This document shows, one piece after another, positions 41,875 to 52,769 of a stretch of DNA of 64,000 nt. The notes beneath the pieces are model-generated. The model did not search any database, had not been told where the DNA came from, and saw nothing but the letters and a program-made list of their open reading frames with translations. Origin of the DNA: Candidatus Atelocyanobacterium thalassae. Its GTDB lineage: Bacteria; Cyanobacteriota; Cyanobacteriia; Cyanobacteriales; Microcystaceae. Positions within the stretch are counted from its first letter, which is position 1, and the number at the start of each line of letters is the position of its first letter. The DNA is taken from assembly GCA_051971635.1 (NCBI GenBank), contig JBFPLN010000001.1:64001-128000 (forward strand), in the 5' to 3' direction. The position numbers and the translations under genes are program-made.

Positions 41875-42843
41875 TTAACCAGTAGACTTTAATTTTATTG
41901 ATTTATTTTGTTCAATATGTCTCGGTATACTACATGTCATGAAATCACGAGCAAGAATAGTGTCTGGAAAAATAGCTTGTGCTTCACTCAGTAAATCATT
42001 TAATTGTAAATTATTTCCTGGCGCGTAACGAGGGCTAAAGTGAGTAAGTATCAACTTTTTAACTTTTGCACCTAAAGCAACTTGCGCAGCCATTGTTGAA
42101 GTAGAATGTAAACGCTCAAATGCAAGTTGAGAATCCTGATGAGCAAATGTTGCTTCATGAATTAAGATATCAGCATTCTCAGCTAACTCAATTGCTTCTT
42201 CACAAAAAATTGTATCTGTACAATAAATTAGTTTACGTCCCTTTTCTGTCTTGCCACACAAATCTTGTCCTCTGATTAAGCGACCATCATCTAATTTAAT
42301 TGTTTTTCCTTGCTTTAGTTCACCATAGATTGGTCCAGAAGGAATACCTAGAGAAGCAGCTTTCCTGACATCAAAACGTCCAGGACGATCCTTCTCCATA
42401 ACACAGTAACCATGAGCTGGTATGCGATGTTTTAATAATCTACAACTAACAATAAATTCATTATCTTCATAAAGAATTCCTGAACTAATTTCATTAACAC
42501 GAATACCATATGGCAATTTGAAATGAGAATATTGTGCACAAGATTTTAAATAATTATCTAATTCTTGAGGACCATAGATTTCAATAGGCTGTCGACTTCC
42601 TGCTAAATTACAGCTAGCTATTAATCCCATCAGGCCATAAATATGGTCTCCATGCATATGAGTAATAAAAATTTTAGTTATTTGAGAAGCCTTAACATCA
42701 CTCCGCGATAATTGATGCTGAGTTCCCTCTCCGCAGTCAAATAACCAAACTTCTCCTCTTTGAGGAAGGCGCAAAGCTACGCTTGAGACATTCCGTGATC
42801 GGGTTGGCACACCAGAACTAGTTCCTAAAAAGGTTATCTCCAC
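41875..42843 (-). CDS. rnz: Ribonuclease Z
   Basis: FLGTSSGVPT, DCGEGTQ, THMHGDH, HEATF, HST, THFSPRY. Confidence 0.96.
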   Translation of the reverse strand: MEITFLGTSSGVPTRSRNVSSVALRLPQRGEVWLFDCGEGTQHQLSRSDVKASQITKIFITHMHGDHIYGLMGLIASCNLAGSRQPIEIYGPQELDNYLKSCAQYSHFKLPYGIRVNEISSGILYEDNEFIVSCRLLKHRIPAHGYCVMEKDRPGRFDVRKAASLGIPSGPIYGELKQGKTIKLDDGRLIRGQDLCGKTEKGRKLIYCTDTIFCEEAIELAENADILIHEATFAHQDSQLAFERLHSTSTMAAQVALGAKVKKLILTHFSPRYAPGNNLQLNDLLSEAQAIFPDTILARDFMTCSIPRHIEQNKSIKLKSTG

Positions 42844-42957
42844 AGTTAGTTTGTATTATTTATATACTCCTATTAATGTTACATAGTAAAATCAAAAAAA
42901 GAACAAATTCTTAAAAAAATTATGCATACTAAATTCTTAAGTATGAATTATTTATGT

Positions 42958-44316
42958 CTACTCTAATAGTGTTCTAACTGTACCATCCGGAATTAATACA
43001 AGACGAATTGATCTATTACTTAACGTTTTTAATGGAGAAATAAAAGGAGAACCGATTTTTGGAAATGGTATCTGAGAACGATAAACCATAGCTAAATGTC
43101 CTAAAGGAATACTTTTTTCTAAAGAACCATTACTTTCGATAATTAAGCGATATTCTATTGTTTGTTCTAAATTTTCTAAAGGCTTCCATCTTTCTTGGAA
43201 ATATTTTTGGATTTCACCAAGCTGAGAAAGACTATTAGGTAATTTATTCATTCTTTTATTGTCTGAATCAAGAAAATGGTCATATTTATTTGTTTTCTTG
43301 TCATCTCTTCTCGGAACTGAATTTTTTTGATTTAATATTGGTGGATTAGGTAATCTAGAGTATTTTGATAATGTATTAGAGTAGGATGAGGAATTAATAT
43401 TACTGGGATTTTTAATACTATTTTCATTAGTTAGTAGTGTGTTCGATTTGAAAGAAGAGTTTGATGGATTTTTTAATGGAAATTGAATCGTCGAAGGATT
43501 GGATTTACTTGAGGGTAGTATTGATCCAGTAACCTTTTTGGGAGGTGATAGTGGAGACAACTGAGATAACAATGGAGACAAAGATAGAGAAGGTAGGGAA
43601 GGCTTCTGCAATGGAGGAACGGGAGGAACAACATCCAGAAATGAAAGAATATTTTCTTGAGTTTTTAATGGTTTTGCAGTGTGTACATCTTTTGGTTTTA
43701 ATGTCTTATAAAATTTAATTCCAACAACAAAAAAATTAATAGAAATAAATATAATTATTAATTTCTTATTCAAAGTAAGGAGTTGGTTTCTAGGAAAAGC
43801 TTTTTTTCTACTTGTTAATATAGTTATAGTGTGAATATACTTTTCTAAAGCATATAGAAGATCAAATAATTGACAAGAATTAAGTACAACCGATGAGCAG
43901 GTATAGTTATTTGCTAGATTTCCAAAGACAAGATTATGAGTAAATAAATTATCAGAAAAAAGATAAGGATCTGATCTAGGAGCTTTCTTTTTCCACTCTT
44001 TAATATTGGGATTGATCAATAAATAGTGATCTAGTGAACTATTCTGAGAAATTATAAAAGAAGTAGTATGGTTAAGATTTTTATCTATATAAGATTGGAC
44101 TATATTGTATAGTGAGCTCAACTGAGAGTGGCTACCTGAAATACCTATTTGGTCCTCTATTAAGAGCTTAGGATCATCGAAGAACAACTCAAATTCGATA
44201 TCACCTAACAATATGGGTTTTTGTAAGCGAAGTAGCAAAGAACGTTTATCCCATATTTTTAAAGTACAGGTAGGTGGTGTAAAAGTCTGTAAAAGGTGAT
44301 TACTCAGCAATGTCAT
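42958..44316 (-). CDS. DUF4335-domain cyanobacterial protein with Pro/Ser-rich linker
   Basis: FTPPTCTL N-terminus, central TM, C-terminal YFQERWKP..QTIEYRL; paired with DUF3038 gene. Confidence 0.7.
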   Translation of the reverse strand: MTLLSNHLLQTFTPPTCTLKIWDKRSLLLRLQKPILLGDIEFELFFDDPKLLIEDQIGISGSHSQLSSLYNIVQSYIDKNLNHTTSFIISQNSSLDHYLLINPNIKEWKKKAPRSDPYLFSDNLFTHNLVFGNLANNYTCSSVVLNSCQLFDLLYALEKYIHTITILTSRKKAFPRNQLLTLNKKLIIIFISINFFVVGIKFYKTLKPKDVHTAKPLKTQENILSFLDVVPPVPPLQKPSLPSLSLSPLLSQLSPLSPPKKVTGSILPSSKSNPSTIQFPLKNPSNSSFKSNTLLTNENSIKNPSNINSSSYSNTLSKYSRLPNPPILNQKNSVPRRDDKKTNKYDHFLDSDNKRMNKLPNSLSQLGEIQKYFQERWKPLENLEQTIEYRLIIESNGSLEKSIPLGHLAMVYRSQIPFPKIGSPFISPLKTLSNRSIRLVLIPDGTVRTLLE

Positions 44317-44914
44317 GAAAGTTTTGAATAGAATTCAACGAACTATAGTTTAATGAGGTTGACCACAAACGAATATATCCATTGTCTGAACTATAAAACA
44401 ATAAGTCTAATAATAGTTTAGAGGCAAATTTATGTTCCTCATCTATGGATAATTTTTTGGCTTCTTTCATTTTATAATTATAGTAGTAATTAAAATTATT
44501 AAAATATTTACCAAGTAGTGTACTCTCCCTTGGATCTTTATTTTGTTCAGTCATTTGTTCAAGCAAAGTAATAGCTCTACGAATTAATTCCTGATGCTGT
44601 CCAATAACATAACATATTAAAATCGTTGACAATTTTGTTTGTTTTAAAGTGTAACCTTTTAAAAAAATTCGAGATTCTTCCTTATCCTGATCAGACCAAA
44701 GTTTAATTTCTCCTGCTAGGTATGTATTAATTCCTAAGTCTAAAGAGGATTGAAATATTGTTTCTGTACTAATGGGAATTAAAGATTCACTGACTAATAA
44801 GATTAGATCTAAATAAGAATGGATATAAGTAAGCTTTTCGTAACTGCAGAACTTACTTGAAGGTTCATTGATCCAAGAATCCATCGCAATAGAGTTAATG
44901 ACGACTGAAGACAT
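44300..44914 (-). CDS. DUF3038 family protein (ATG 44914; ORF track TTG 44929)
   Basis: LDLILL..E.L, HQELIRRA, KLLLDLLFYS...G..RLW. Confidence 0.75.
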   Translation of the reverse strand: MSSVVINSIAMDSWINEPSSKFCSYEKLTYIHSYLDLILLVSESLIPISTETIFQSSLDLGINTYLAGEIKLWSDQDKEESRIFLKGYTLKQTKLSTILICYVIGQHQELIRRAITLLEQMTEQNKDPRESTLLGKYFNNFNYYYNYKMKEAKKLSIDEEHKFASKLLLDLLFYSSDNGYIRLWSTSLNYSSLNSIQNFHDIAE

Positions 44915-45226
44915 ATAGTGTTTTCCCAAACTTAATTTACTATCAAACCTAAAAAATGATTATTCTTAACGATGGTAATTTAAACAAATTCAAAAATAGT
45001 TTATATCACGATTCTTAAAAGATAAAATAAAAGTTATATTGATACTTCTTTTAAATTAGTTTAACTATAAAGTAATATTTTTTAAATCAAGAGAAAGTAA
45101 TATTTTATTTGTAATTTATACACAATATACTTGTTTTCTATAATAGAAATTACAACATCTTCGCCTATCTTCATTTAACATTGATAGAATATGAAGTAAT
45201 GACAAATTTCCAGAACTATAATATCT

Positions 45227-46597
45227 ATGAAAATAACCCAGGAAAAACTTCCTAACAGTCAAATCGGTTTAGAAATTGAGATCCCTGCCGAAACCGCTAA
45301 AAAAGCTTATGAAATTAAGATTAATACTTTGGCCCGTACCGCCAATATTCCTGGGTTTCGGAAAGGAAAAGTACCTCGGACAATTCTTTTACAACGCCTA
45401 GGAACCCGCTATATTAAAGCAGCTACTTTGGAAGAATTAGTACAAGATAGCTTAAAAAAAGCTATTGATAAAGAATCTATAAAAACTATAGGAAACTACA
45501 GTCTACAAGACAATTTAGACAAATTAATTGATGAATTTCAACCTGGTCAGCCTTTTACTTTTTCAGCCAAGATAGATGTTCCTCCGTCAGTTCAACTAGA
45601 GATGTATAAAGAATTATCTATAAAGGCAGAAGAGAAAAAATATGATGTGGAACAAGTTGAGAACTGGTTAAAAGAACGTCAAGAAAAGTTAGCAACTTTA
45701 GTTCCTATTGAGGATCGTCAATCTCAAATGGGTGATGTAGCTATAGTCGATTACAAAGGTTTTCTAACTTCTGAAGGAAAAGTTGCAGAACAACCAATTG
45801 AAGGTGTAGAAGGGAAAGATTTTCGTGTTGATCTTGAAAAAGGAAAATTTATTGAAGGAATGATAGAAGGAATAATAGGTATGAAACCTGGAGATTCTAA
45901 AGAACTACCATTAGTTTTCCCAGATGATTATCCTAGAGAGGACTTAGCTAAAAAATCTGTTAGTTTTAATATCAGTCTAAAAGAACTAAAGGCTAAAGAA
46001 TTACCTGAATTAGACGATGATTTTGCTGATGAAGTAAGCGAATTTGAAACAATAACTCAATTAAGAGAATCCTTAGAGAAACAGTTTATTGAATCTGCTA
46101 AATCAGAAACTAAAAGCAATATCCATAACGCAATTACAGAGGAGTTAAGCAAAAACTGCAATGTAGATCTTCCTGATACTTTAGTACAAGAGGAAATAAC
46201 TAAGCTCCTAACACAGACAGCAATGAAAATGGAAGAAATGGGAGTTGACTTGGCAGAGATTTTTAACCAAGAGAATTTACCTAACTTAAGAAAGAATGCT
46301 CATCCTGAAGCCGTAGAAAGACTCAAAAAAATTCTTATTCTTAAAGAAATAGCTTCGACTGAAGCTATTAGAGTAGAAGAGGAAGAAATTGAAAAGAAAA
46401 ATGATGAGTTTAAAGAAAAGCTTAAAGGACAAAATATTGACCTTGATAAATTATATGTAACAGTAAAAGAACAACTAATAGTTGAGAAGACTTTGGACTG
46501 GTTGGAAGAGCAATCAAAGATTGAATTGTGTGAGTCAGGCAGTTTAGAAAAGACAGAAAACTTAGGTATTATTGAAGAAGCGACTTCGGAAGCCTAA
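45227..46597 (+). CDS. tig: Trigger factor
   Basis: IPGFRKGKVP ribosome-binding motif, FKBP domain, ELPELDDDFA. Confidence 0.97.
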   Translation: MKITQEKLPNSQIGLEIEIPAETAKKAYEIKINTLARTANIPGFRKGKVPRTILLQRLGTRYIKAATLEELVQDSLKKAIDKESIKTIGNYSLQDNLDKLIDEFQPGQPFTFSAKIDVPPSVQLEMYKELSIKAEEKKYDVEQVENWLKERQEKLATLVPIEDRQSQMGDVAIVDYKGFLTSEGKVAEQPIEGVEGKDFRVDLEKGKFIEGMIEGIIGMKPGDSKELPLVFPDDYPREDLAKKSVSFNISLKELKAKELPELDDDFADEVSEFETITQLRESLEKQFIESAKSETKSNIHNAITEELSKNCNVDLPDTLVQEEITKLLTQTAMKMEEMGVDLAEIFNQENLPNLRKNAHPEAVERLKKILILKEIASTEAIRVEEEEIEKKNDEFKEKLKGQNIDLDKLYVTVKEQLIVEKTLDWLEEQSKIELCESGSLEKTENLGIIEEATSEA

Positions 46598-46614
46598 TTT
46601 TTATAATTTATAAT

Positions 46615-46648
46615 GTAGAGGTATTAATAGTATTATCCTCTACTATTT
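46615..46648 (+). terminator. Hairpin downstream of tig
   Basis: GTAGAGG (46615-46621) / CCTCTAC (46637-46643) followed by TATTT. Confidence 0.45.
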
Positions 46649-46980
46649 AGTATTTATTATAAAACTTATAGAAGAGTTTTTATATAAAAGAAATATAGTC
46701 TATTAAAAATATCTAAATAACTAATTTTTCTATCTATTTGGATATCTTAATTATAATAATCGTTGTGAAAAATTATCTAATTAATGAATTTATGTAACTA
46801 TTTTATCTACTGATTAGTTTTTCGTAATATAACTTTTTAAAATAAAAATATATTCCTAGCGAACTAGATAAATTTTCTTTGTTTTTGATATGATTTATAG
46901 AATTTGATTCTTAACAATACTTAAAAACTATAATTATAAGTTTTATGAGAAGATAACGTACGCCAAAAATATAATTTAGA

Positions 46981-47463
46981 ATGGAATTTGCATTTACAAT
47001 GTCTAAAACTAATTTACTCTCTGAAAGCTCTGATATTACGAACAATGACTATTGTATATTTGGATTAGCAACTTGTTTTTTAAAAAATGATGGAGAATTT
47101 AATGAAGTTCAGATTATTGAACCTATTCCTTCATCAGCATTAGAAATCCTTTTGAAAGGTATTCCAACTTCTTATAAATTTATTTGTGCTATGCCTATTG
47201 GAAACATAGCAACGGATGAAGAATTAATAAAAACTATACATTTCCCTGAGGAAGCAAAATTTTGCGATCTTTTTCTTGAGCGTACTATTGCTGCTGCAAG
47301 AACATATAAGAGAAATCCTCATGCCTGTTCCCAAATTTCTTTAGGTAGTACTAAAGAAGATCTAAATTTTTCTTTAGAGAAGAAAAGAGTGTTGAATACA
47401 GTACATTCAGTTACAGCAGAAGATAATGTTAAACAACATTCTCATACTCATGCAAAGCTCTAA
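46981..47463 (+). CDS. Conserved cyanobacterial hypothetical protein
   Basis: DY..FGLATCF, IIEPIPSSALE, R..AAARTY, DNVKQHSHTH motifs. Confidence 0.75.
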   Translation: MEFAFTMSKTNLLSESSDITNNDYCIFGLATCFLKNDGEFNEVQIIEPIPSSALEILLKGIPTSYKFICAMPIGNIATDEELIKTIHFPEEAKFCDLFLERTIAAARTYKRNPHACSQISLGSTKEDLNFSLEKKRVLNTVHSVTAEDNVKQHSHTHAKL

Positions 47464-47474
47464 GTCATGAAAAA

Positions 47475-48818
47475 TTAATTTGATATTTTTCCCGTCAAAC
47501 TAAAAGGTCGAGCTTCTGTAATTTTGACATTTACCAATTGACCTTTGAGGCTGTTAATATTTCCCTGAAAAAAAGTCAGCCTATTTTTCCTTGTTCTTCC
47601 CATTACCTGATTATTTTCTTTAGGATTTTCTTGTTCTACTAAAATTTCTTCTATGTTTCCCAGATATTTTTGAGAATTTTGAGCCGCTTTTTGTCCTACT
47701 AAATGGTTGAGTCTCTGTAAACGATCACTCTTAGTATTATCGTCTAACTGCTCTTTCCACGTAGCAGCGGGAGTACCAGGACGAGGGGAGTATGCTGCAG
47801 TATTTAACTGATCAAACCCAATGTCTTCTACTAATTGCAAGGTATTTTGGAATTGTTGTTCTGTTTCTCCTGGAAATCCTACTATAGCATCAGCAGTAAT
47901 AGAAGCGTTAGGCATATAGAACCTGATTTTATCGACTAATTGTCTGTATCTTTGGTGTGTGTAGCCTCTTTTCATTCTTTTTAAGATATCATTGTCACCT
48001 GATTGAAAAGGTATATGAAAATGCTCACAAATTTTTGGTAACTCATAACATGCACGAATTAATCTTTCTGTAAAATATCGAGGATGGCTTGTCGCAAACC
48101 TTATTCTCTTAATGTCAGAGACTTCATGAATTTTATATAATAAGTCGGTAAAAGTATATTGATTCCTTCCTGTTTCAGTTGTGCCAGGTAAATCTCTACC
48201 ATAAGCGTCGATATTTTGACCTAATAAAGTAACCTCTTTGTATCCTTGTTGTTCTAACAATTTGATTTCAGAGCAAATATCTTCAGGAGTACGCGATTGT
48301 TCTATTCCTCTGACATTAGGAACAACACAATAGCTACATCTCTCATTACAACCATATATAATGTTTACCCAAGCTGTTACTTTACTAGCTCTACGTGGTT
48401 TTGTAATATCTTCAATAATATGAATAGGTTCAGTCGCAACAACTTGATTGCCTTTAAATACTTGTTCCAACAAATCTCCAAGAGAATTAACATGTTGTGG
48501 ACCCATAACTAAATCGATTTCAGGAACTCTTCTGAGTATTTTTTCTCCTTCTTGTTGAGCTACACAACCTGCTATAGCAAGAACCAGATTTGGATCTTTA
48601 TGCTTACGTTTAGCTTGTTTTCCTAGGTAAGAGTAAACTTTTTGTTCAGCACTGTCTCTAATGGTACAAGTGTTGTATAAAATTAAATTTGCTTGGTCAG
48701 GATCGTTTGACCATTGAAAACCTATATCTTCTAAAGTACCTGCCATACGTTCTGAGTCAGCTTTATTCATCTGACAACCAAAAGTGACAATATGGTAGTA
48801 TCGTGGGTTAGACATCAT
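47475..48818 (-). CDS. miaB: tRNA-2-methylthio-N6-dimethylallyladenosine synthase
   Basis: TFGCQMN, NTCTIR, radical [19 protein letters not shown] domain. Confidence 0.96.
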   Translation of the reverse strand: MMSNPRYYHIVTFGCQMNKADSERMAGTLEDIGFQWSNDPDQANLILYNTCTIRDSAEQKVYSYLGKQAKRKHKDPNLVLAIAGCVAQQEGEKILRRVPEIDLVMGPQHVNSLGDLLEQVFKGNQVVATEPIHIIEDITKPRRASKVTAWVNIIYGCNERCSYCVVPNVRGIEQSRTPEDICSEIKLLEQQGYKEVTLLGQNIDAYGRDLPGTTETGRNQYTFTDLLYKIHEVSDIKRIRFATSHPRYFTERLIRACYELPKICEHFHIPFQSGDNDILKRMKRGYTHQRYRQLVDKIRFYMPNASITADAIVGFPGETEQQFQNTLQLVEDIGFDQLNTAAYSPRPGTPAATWKEQLDDNTKSDRLQRLNHLVGQKAAQNSQKYLGNIEEILVEQENPKENNQVMGRTRKNRLTFFQGNINSLKGQLVNVKITEARPFSLTGKISN

Positions 48819-49058
48819 AATTACTTTTTTTAAATTTTGGTAGTTAATTGTACTTAAAAAATCTTACACATAGCAAAAAGACAAAAGACTTTATAACTAT
48901 TTATTAACTCTATAAATATACTGTATATAATTTATATTATGGTACAGTCATTCTTTCTTGTTTAAGATATTCATAATATGAAAACATAATAGTATGGTAG
49001 ATATGTTAGTAGATAAAATTATTAAAAAAAAAAATTACTAATTGCTATTTTTTCCCTT

Positions 49059-50594
49059 GTGCTTCCACTAGGAAATATTTTTGCTTCAAAAGTCTTTGCA
49101 CAAGATCTCAACCTTAGCGTTGGTATAGTTCAAAGATTTGGAGAAAAGAAAGGAGATAAAATTTCTTTAACCACTAGTAATCAGAATAACCTGACTATTA
49201 AATTTCAGAACTCTAAGGGACATTTTCAAACTCTAACTGCACACCAAATAACTCTCAACATTCTAAATCGACCACTATCTAAATCTCTTTTAAAAGAATA
49301 TATCGTTCTTAGTGATCATGCTACCTTTGAGACTGCTGAAGATGATTCTAAGAAATGGCAAAAAAAGGGTATTCAAACTGAGATTGTGCAGCCAGGAAGA
49401 TGGCAAGTTTGGGCAAAGAGAGAAGTTTATGAAACACCTCTATTAAGGCGTTGGTTACTTAATACTCTTAAAGAAAAAGGTCATATCAGACCATACATGG
49501 AGTCCACTGTTTTAGGAAACAAGTCTCAGGCAACGTTTACTATCGATGGAGAACAATATCATAGTGATCATATTGAAATTATTCCCGATAATCATCCTAT
49601 TTATGTAATTGATTTAGAACAGAAGAAAAGAGCTTATCCTGGTAGTCTAAGATTACAGCCTAATGCATATGGCACATATACTCTAATTAACTATGTTCCA
49701 TTAGAAATGTATTTAAGAGGTGTTGTCCCTCACGAGATTGGACCTAATGCTCCAGTCAATGCGGTAAAAGCTCAAGCAATTATTGCCCGTACATATGCTC
49801 TACGTAATTTGAGGAGATTTAAAGCAGATGATTATGAGCTTTGTGCCAGTACACATTGTCAAGTGTATTATGGACTTAGTGGAATTAATTTGAAAATAGA
49901 TAAAGCAATCAATGACACGAAGAATTTAGTTTTAACCTATGACAACAAGTTGGTAGACGCTCTTTACTCTTCAACTACGGGAGGAGTTACAGCTAATTTT
50001 ACTGATGTTTGGGATGGAGAAGCAAGGCCTTATTTAAAAGCAATCGTTGACTCTCCTCAAAATAGTATATGGAACTTATCTTTAACGTCCCTACAGAAAG
50101 AAAAAGATTTTCGCAACTTTATTAAGTTAACCAAAGGCTTTAATGAAACTGGAAGGAGTGCTTTTCGCTGGGAACATAAAGTTACTAAAGTTAAGTTAGC
50201 TAGAGACCTACAAAAATATTTATCATTACAAAAGCATCCTTTATCAAATTTCAAAATTATCAACTCTATAAAAATTATTGAACGCTCAGTTTCTGGAAGA
50301 ATTTTAAAAGCCTTGGTGGATACAGATATAGGAATTATCGAACTAGAAAAAAATGAAGTTCGTAGTGCATTTAGTCCCCCAAAAAGTACCCTTTTTTATC
50401 TTGATCCTTTATACGATAAGCAAAATAAAATTACAGGCTACACGTTCATTGGTGGTGGATTCGGTCATGGAGTAGGGCTCAGTCAGTACGGATCTTATAA
50501 TTTAGCGAACTTAGGATGGAATGAAAATAAAATTCTTTATTTTTATTATCCTGGTACTAAAGTTATGTTTTTAGATGATTCAATTATTTTTTAG
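49059..50594 (+). CDS. SpoIID/LytB domain lytic transglycosylase-like protein; likely true start ATG 49003 is out of frame across an A11 tract
   Basis: YLRGVVPHE, KAQAIIARTYA, CQVY, GFGHGVGLSQYG, YYPG. Confidence 0.9.
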   Translation: MLPLGNIFASKVFAQDLNLSVGIVQRFGEKKGDKISLTTSNQNNLTIKFQNSKGHFQTLTAHQITLNILNRPLSKSLLKEYIVLSDHATFETAEDDSKKWQKKGIQTEIVQPGRWQVWAKREVYETPLLRRWLLNTLKEKGHIRPYMESTVLGNKSQATFTIDGEQYHSDHIEIIPDNHPIYVIDLEQKKRAYPGSLRLQPNAYGTYTLINYVPLEMYLRGVVPHEIGPNAPVNAVKAQAIIARTYALRNLRRFKADDYELCASTHCQVYYGLSGINLKIDKAINDTKNLVLTYDNKLVDALYSSTTGGVTANFTDVWDGEARPYLKAIVDSPQNSIWNLSLTSLQKEKDFRNFIKLTKGFNETGRSAFRWEHKVTKVKLARDLQKYLSLQKHPLSNFKIINSIKIIERSVSGRILKALVDTDIGIIELEKNEVRSAFSPPKSTLFYLDPLYDKQNKITGYTFIGGGFGHGVGLSQYGSYNLANLGWNENKILYFYYPGTKVMFLDDSIIF

Positions 50595-50690
50595 AAGTAT
50601 ATTATCCGTTTTTGTAAAATTACTTCGAATCTAATTTTCTTATTAATTAAGTAAGAAACAAACAAGTTAAGAAATATTTCTTTATTCATT

Positions 50691-52739
50691 ATGTTCAAGA
50701 AAGCTAATTACTTTTTTATAATTTTTTCATTGACCTTAGTGACTTCACGATTTCTTAACTCTTCTGTTTTGGCTGTTTCTTCTCGTAATCCTGATGAAGA
50801 GATAAAATGCGAAATACTAATTATTGGTGGAGGTCTTGCTGGTACTGCTGCTGCTTATGAAGGTTTATTGGCTGGGAGAACGGTCTGTTTAACAGAGATT
50901 ACAGATTGGATTGGAGGGCAAATTTCTTCGCAAGGAACTTCCGCGTTAGATGAGAGACCTACTCAACGATCACAACTATTTTATCCTCGAGGATATCTAG
51001 AATTAAGAGAACGCCTCAAACAATTATATGGGGAACTAAATCCAGGAAATTGTTGGGTTAGTGAATCTTGTTTTATGCCGCAAGACGGCCATGAAATCTT
51101 AATGGATATGTTAAAAAGTGCTGAAAAGGAAGGAAAGGGAACTTTTATATGGCTTCCTTCAACCATAGTAAAAGATTTAAATATTAGCAAAAACTCAGAC
51201 AAAAAAATAGGAAAGCAAATTACAGATGTTATTGCTATTCAACATTATCCCACTAAAACTACGTTTCCTCTAAATTTGTATCCCTTATCCCAAATTATTA
51301 AAGATATATATTCTTATGGGAATTCTGATAAATTAAATAAAAAAATTATTCGTTTTGTTCCGAAAACCTATAATCAATTAGCTCCTTTAGAATCGGCCGA
51401 TTGGTATATTATTGAAGCTACAGAAACAGGGGAAATTATAGCTTTATCTGATGTTCCTTATCGTCTGGGAATTGATCCAGTATCTTATTTAGAACCTTCT
51501 TCTTCAAGTGAAAACGGCAATTCTTCTTGCACACAGGGTTTTACCTATACATTTGCTATGAAAACTATCTTGCAGACTATAGTCCATAAAATACCTAAAT
51601 TTTATCACCAGTATTCACCTTACTACAGCTACGAATTAGAACGTTTAGCTGATTTTGATTTGATTCATACTTATCGTCGCATCTGGAGTTCTAATAAAGG
51701 ACAAGCTAAAAATTTTCATGGAATAAAATTTTCAATACCTATGCCTGAAGATATTTCAATGCAAAATTGGACATGGGGTAATGATTATCGCCCAGGTAGT
51801 GTTAAAGACAATTTAATTTACACGCGTAGACAATTAAAAAATATGAATCAGTTAAATCCTGGCAAGTGGATGGGGGGACTTCGTAAGGAAGCTCTTCGCA
51901 AAGGTGAAGAACATGCTAAAGGTTATTTTTACTGGTTAATATTAGGAACTACAGACTCTCAAATAAAGAAAGGAAGAAAAAAAATAAATAAAAATACTAG
52001 TTACTTAAAAGGATTGAAATCTCCTATGGGTACGTATTTTGGTCTATCGAAATATCCCTATATTCGTGAATCAAGACGTATATTAGGTCGAAAGTCTTTT
52101 ACCCACAGAAATGGATTTTCAATTAATGAAATTGATATTTCACGTCAAAATTATAGCGATAAATACTACCAGAAAGCTTTATCTTTTAGAAATTATCAAC
52201 AATTAAAAAAAGTCCTGGCAGGATATGATAATTTTTCAAATCCTAATAAAGAAAGACTTTTGAGATCAGTACTTAGCCGTAAAAGATCAACAATTTATCC
52301 CGATTCTGTAGGTATTGGTCATTATGCTATAGATTTTCATCCTTGCATGAATGAAGAAATACCGGAAAAGTTAGGAAACAATGAACGAAAGGGCGAAAGG
52401 CAAGGTCAAGGAAAAACTTTTCCTTTTCAAATACCTTTGAGGGCAATGCTACCTCAAGAAATTGATAATCTTATTATTGCAGGAAAAGGTATTGCAACTA
52501 GTCATATTGCTGCAGCAGCTTACCGAGTTCACTCCTTTGAGTGGTCATCAGGTGCAGCAGCAGGTACCATAGCAGATTTTGCTATTAATGAAAAAGTTCT
52601 ACCTTATCAGATAATTACAAACCCCTTCCTTCGATCTTTTAAGCTACAAAAATTGCAAAAAAAATTAAATGGTAATCAAAATCCAACAAAATTTCCAAAC
52701 ACATCTATTTTTAATCGAAATTGGGACTACTGGAAGTAG
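50691..52739 (+). CDS. Exported FAD-dependent oxidoreductase (conserved cyanobacterial)
   Basis: Signal peptide, IIGGGLAG, EITDWIGGQISSQG, PYIRESRR, AAYRVH. Confidence 0.85.
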   Translation: MFKKANYFFIIFSLTLVTSRFLNSSVLAVSSRNPDEEIKCEILIIGGGLAGTAAAYEGLLAGRTVCLTEITDWIGGQISSQGTSALDERPTQRSQLFYPRGYLELRERLKQLYGELNPGNCWVSESCFMPQDGHEILMDMLKSAEKEGKGTFIWLPSTIVKDLNISKNSDKKIGKQITDVIAIQHYPTKTTFPLNLYPLSQIIKDIYSYGNSDKLNKKIIRFVPKTYNQLAPLESADWYIIEATETGEIIALSDVPYRLGIDPVSYLEPSSSSENGNSSCTQGFTYTFAMKTILQTIVHKIPKFYHQYSPYYSYELERLADFDLIHTYRRIWSSNKGQAKNFHGIKFSIPMPEDISMQNWTWGNDYRPGSVKDNLIYTRRQLKNMNQLNPGKWMGGLRKEALRKGEEHAKGYFYWLILGTTDSQIKKGRKKINKNTSYLKGLKSPMGTYFGLSKYPYIRESRRILGRKSFTHRNGFSINEIDISRQNYSDKYYQKALSFRNYQQLKKVLAGYDNFSNPNKERLLRSVLSRKRSTIYPDSVGIGHYAIDFHPCMNEEIPEKLGNNERKGERQGQGKTFPFQIPLRAMLPQEIDNLIIAGKGIATSHIAAAAYRVHSFEWSSGAAAGTIADFAINEKVLPYQIITNPFLRSFKLQKLQKKLNGNQNPTKFPNTSIFNRNWDYWK

Positions 52740-52769
52740 TTGTTATTAATATAAAATTGAATAAAAAAT

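Noticed and set aside
43300..43640. Pro/Ser-rich low-complexity stretch in the DUF4335 gene
   Set aside because: An ordinary linker in this kind of membrane-anchored protein; no DNA-level repeat unit seen.
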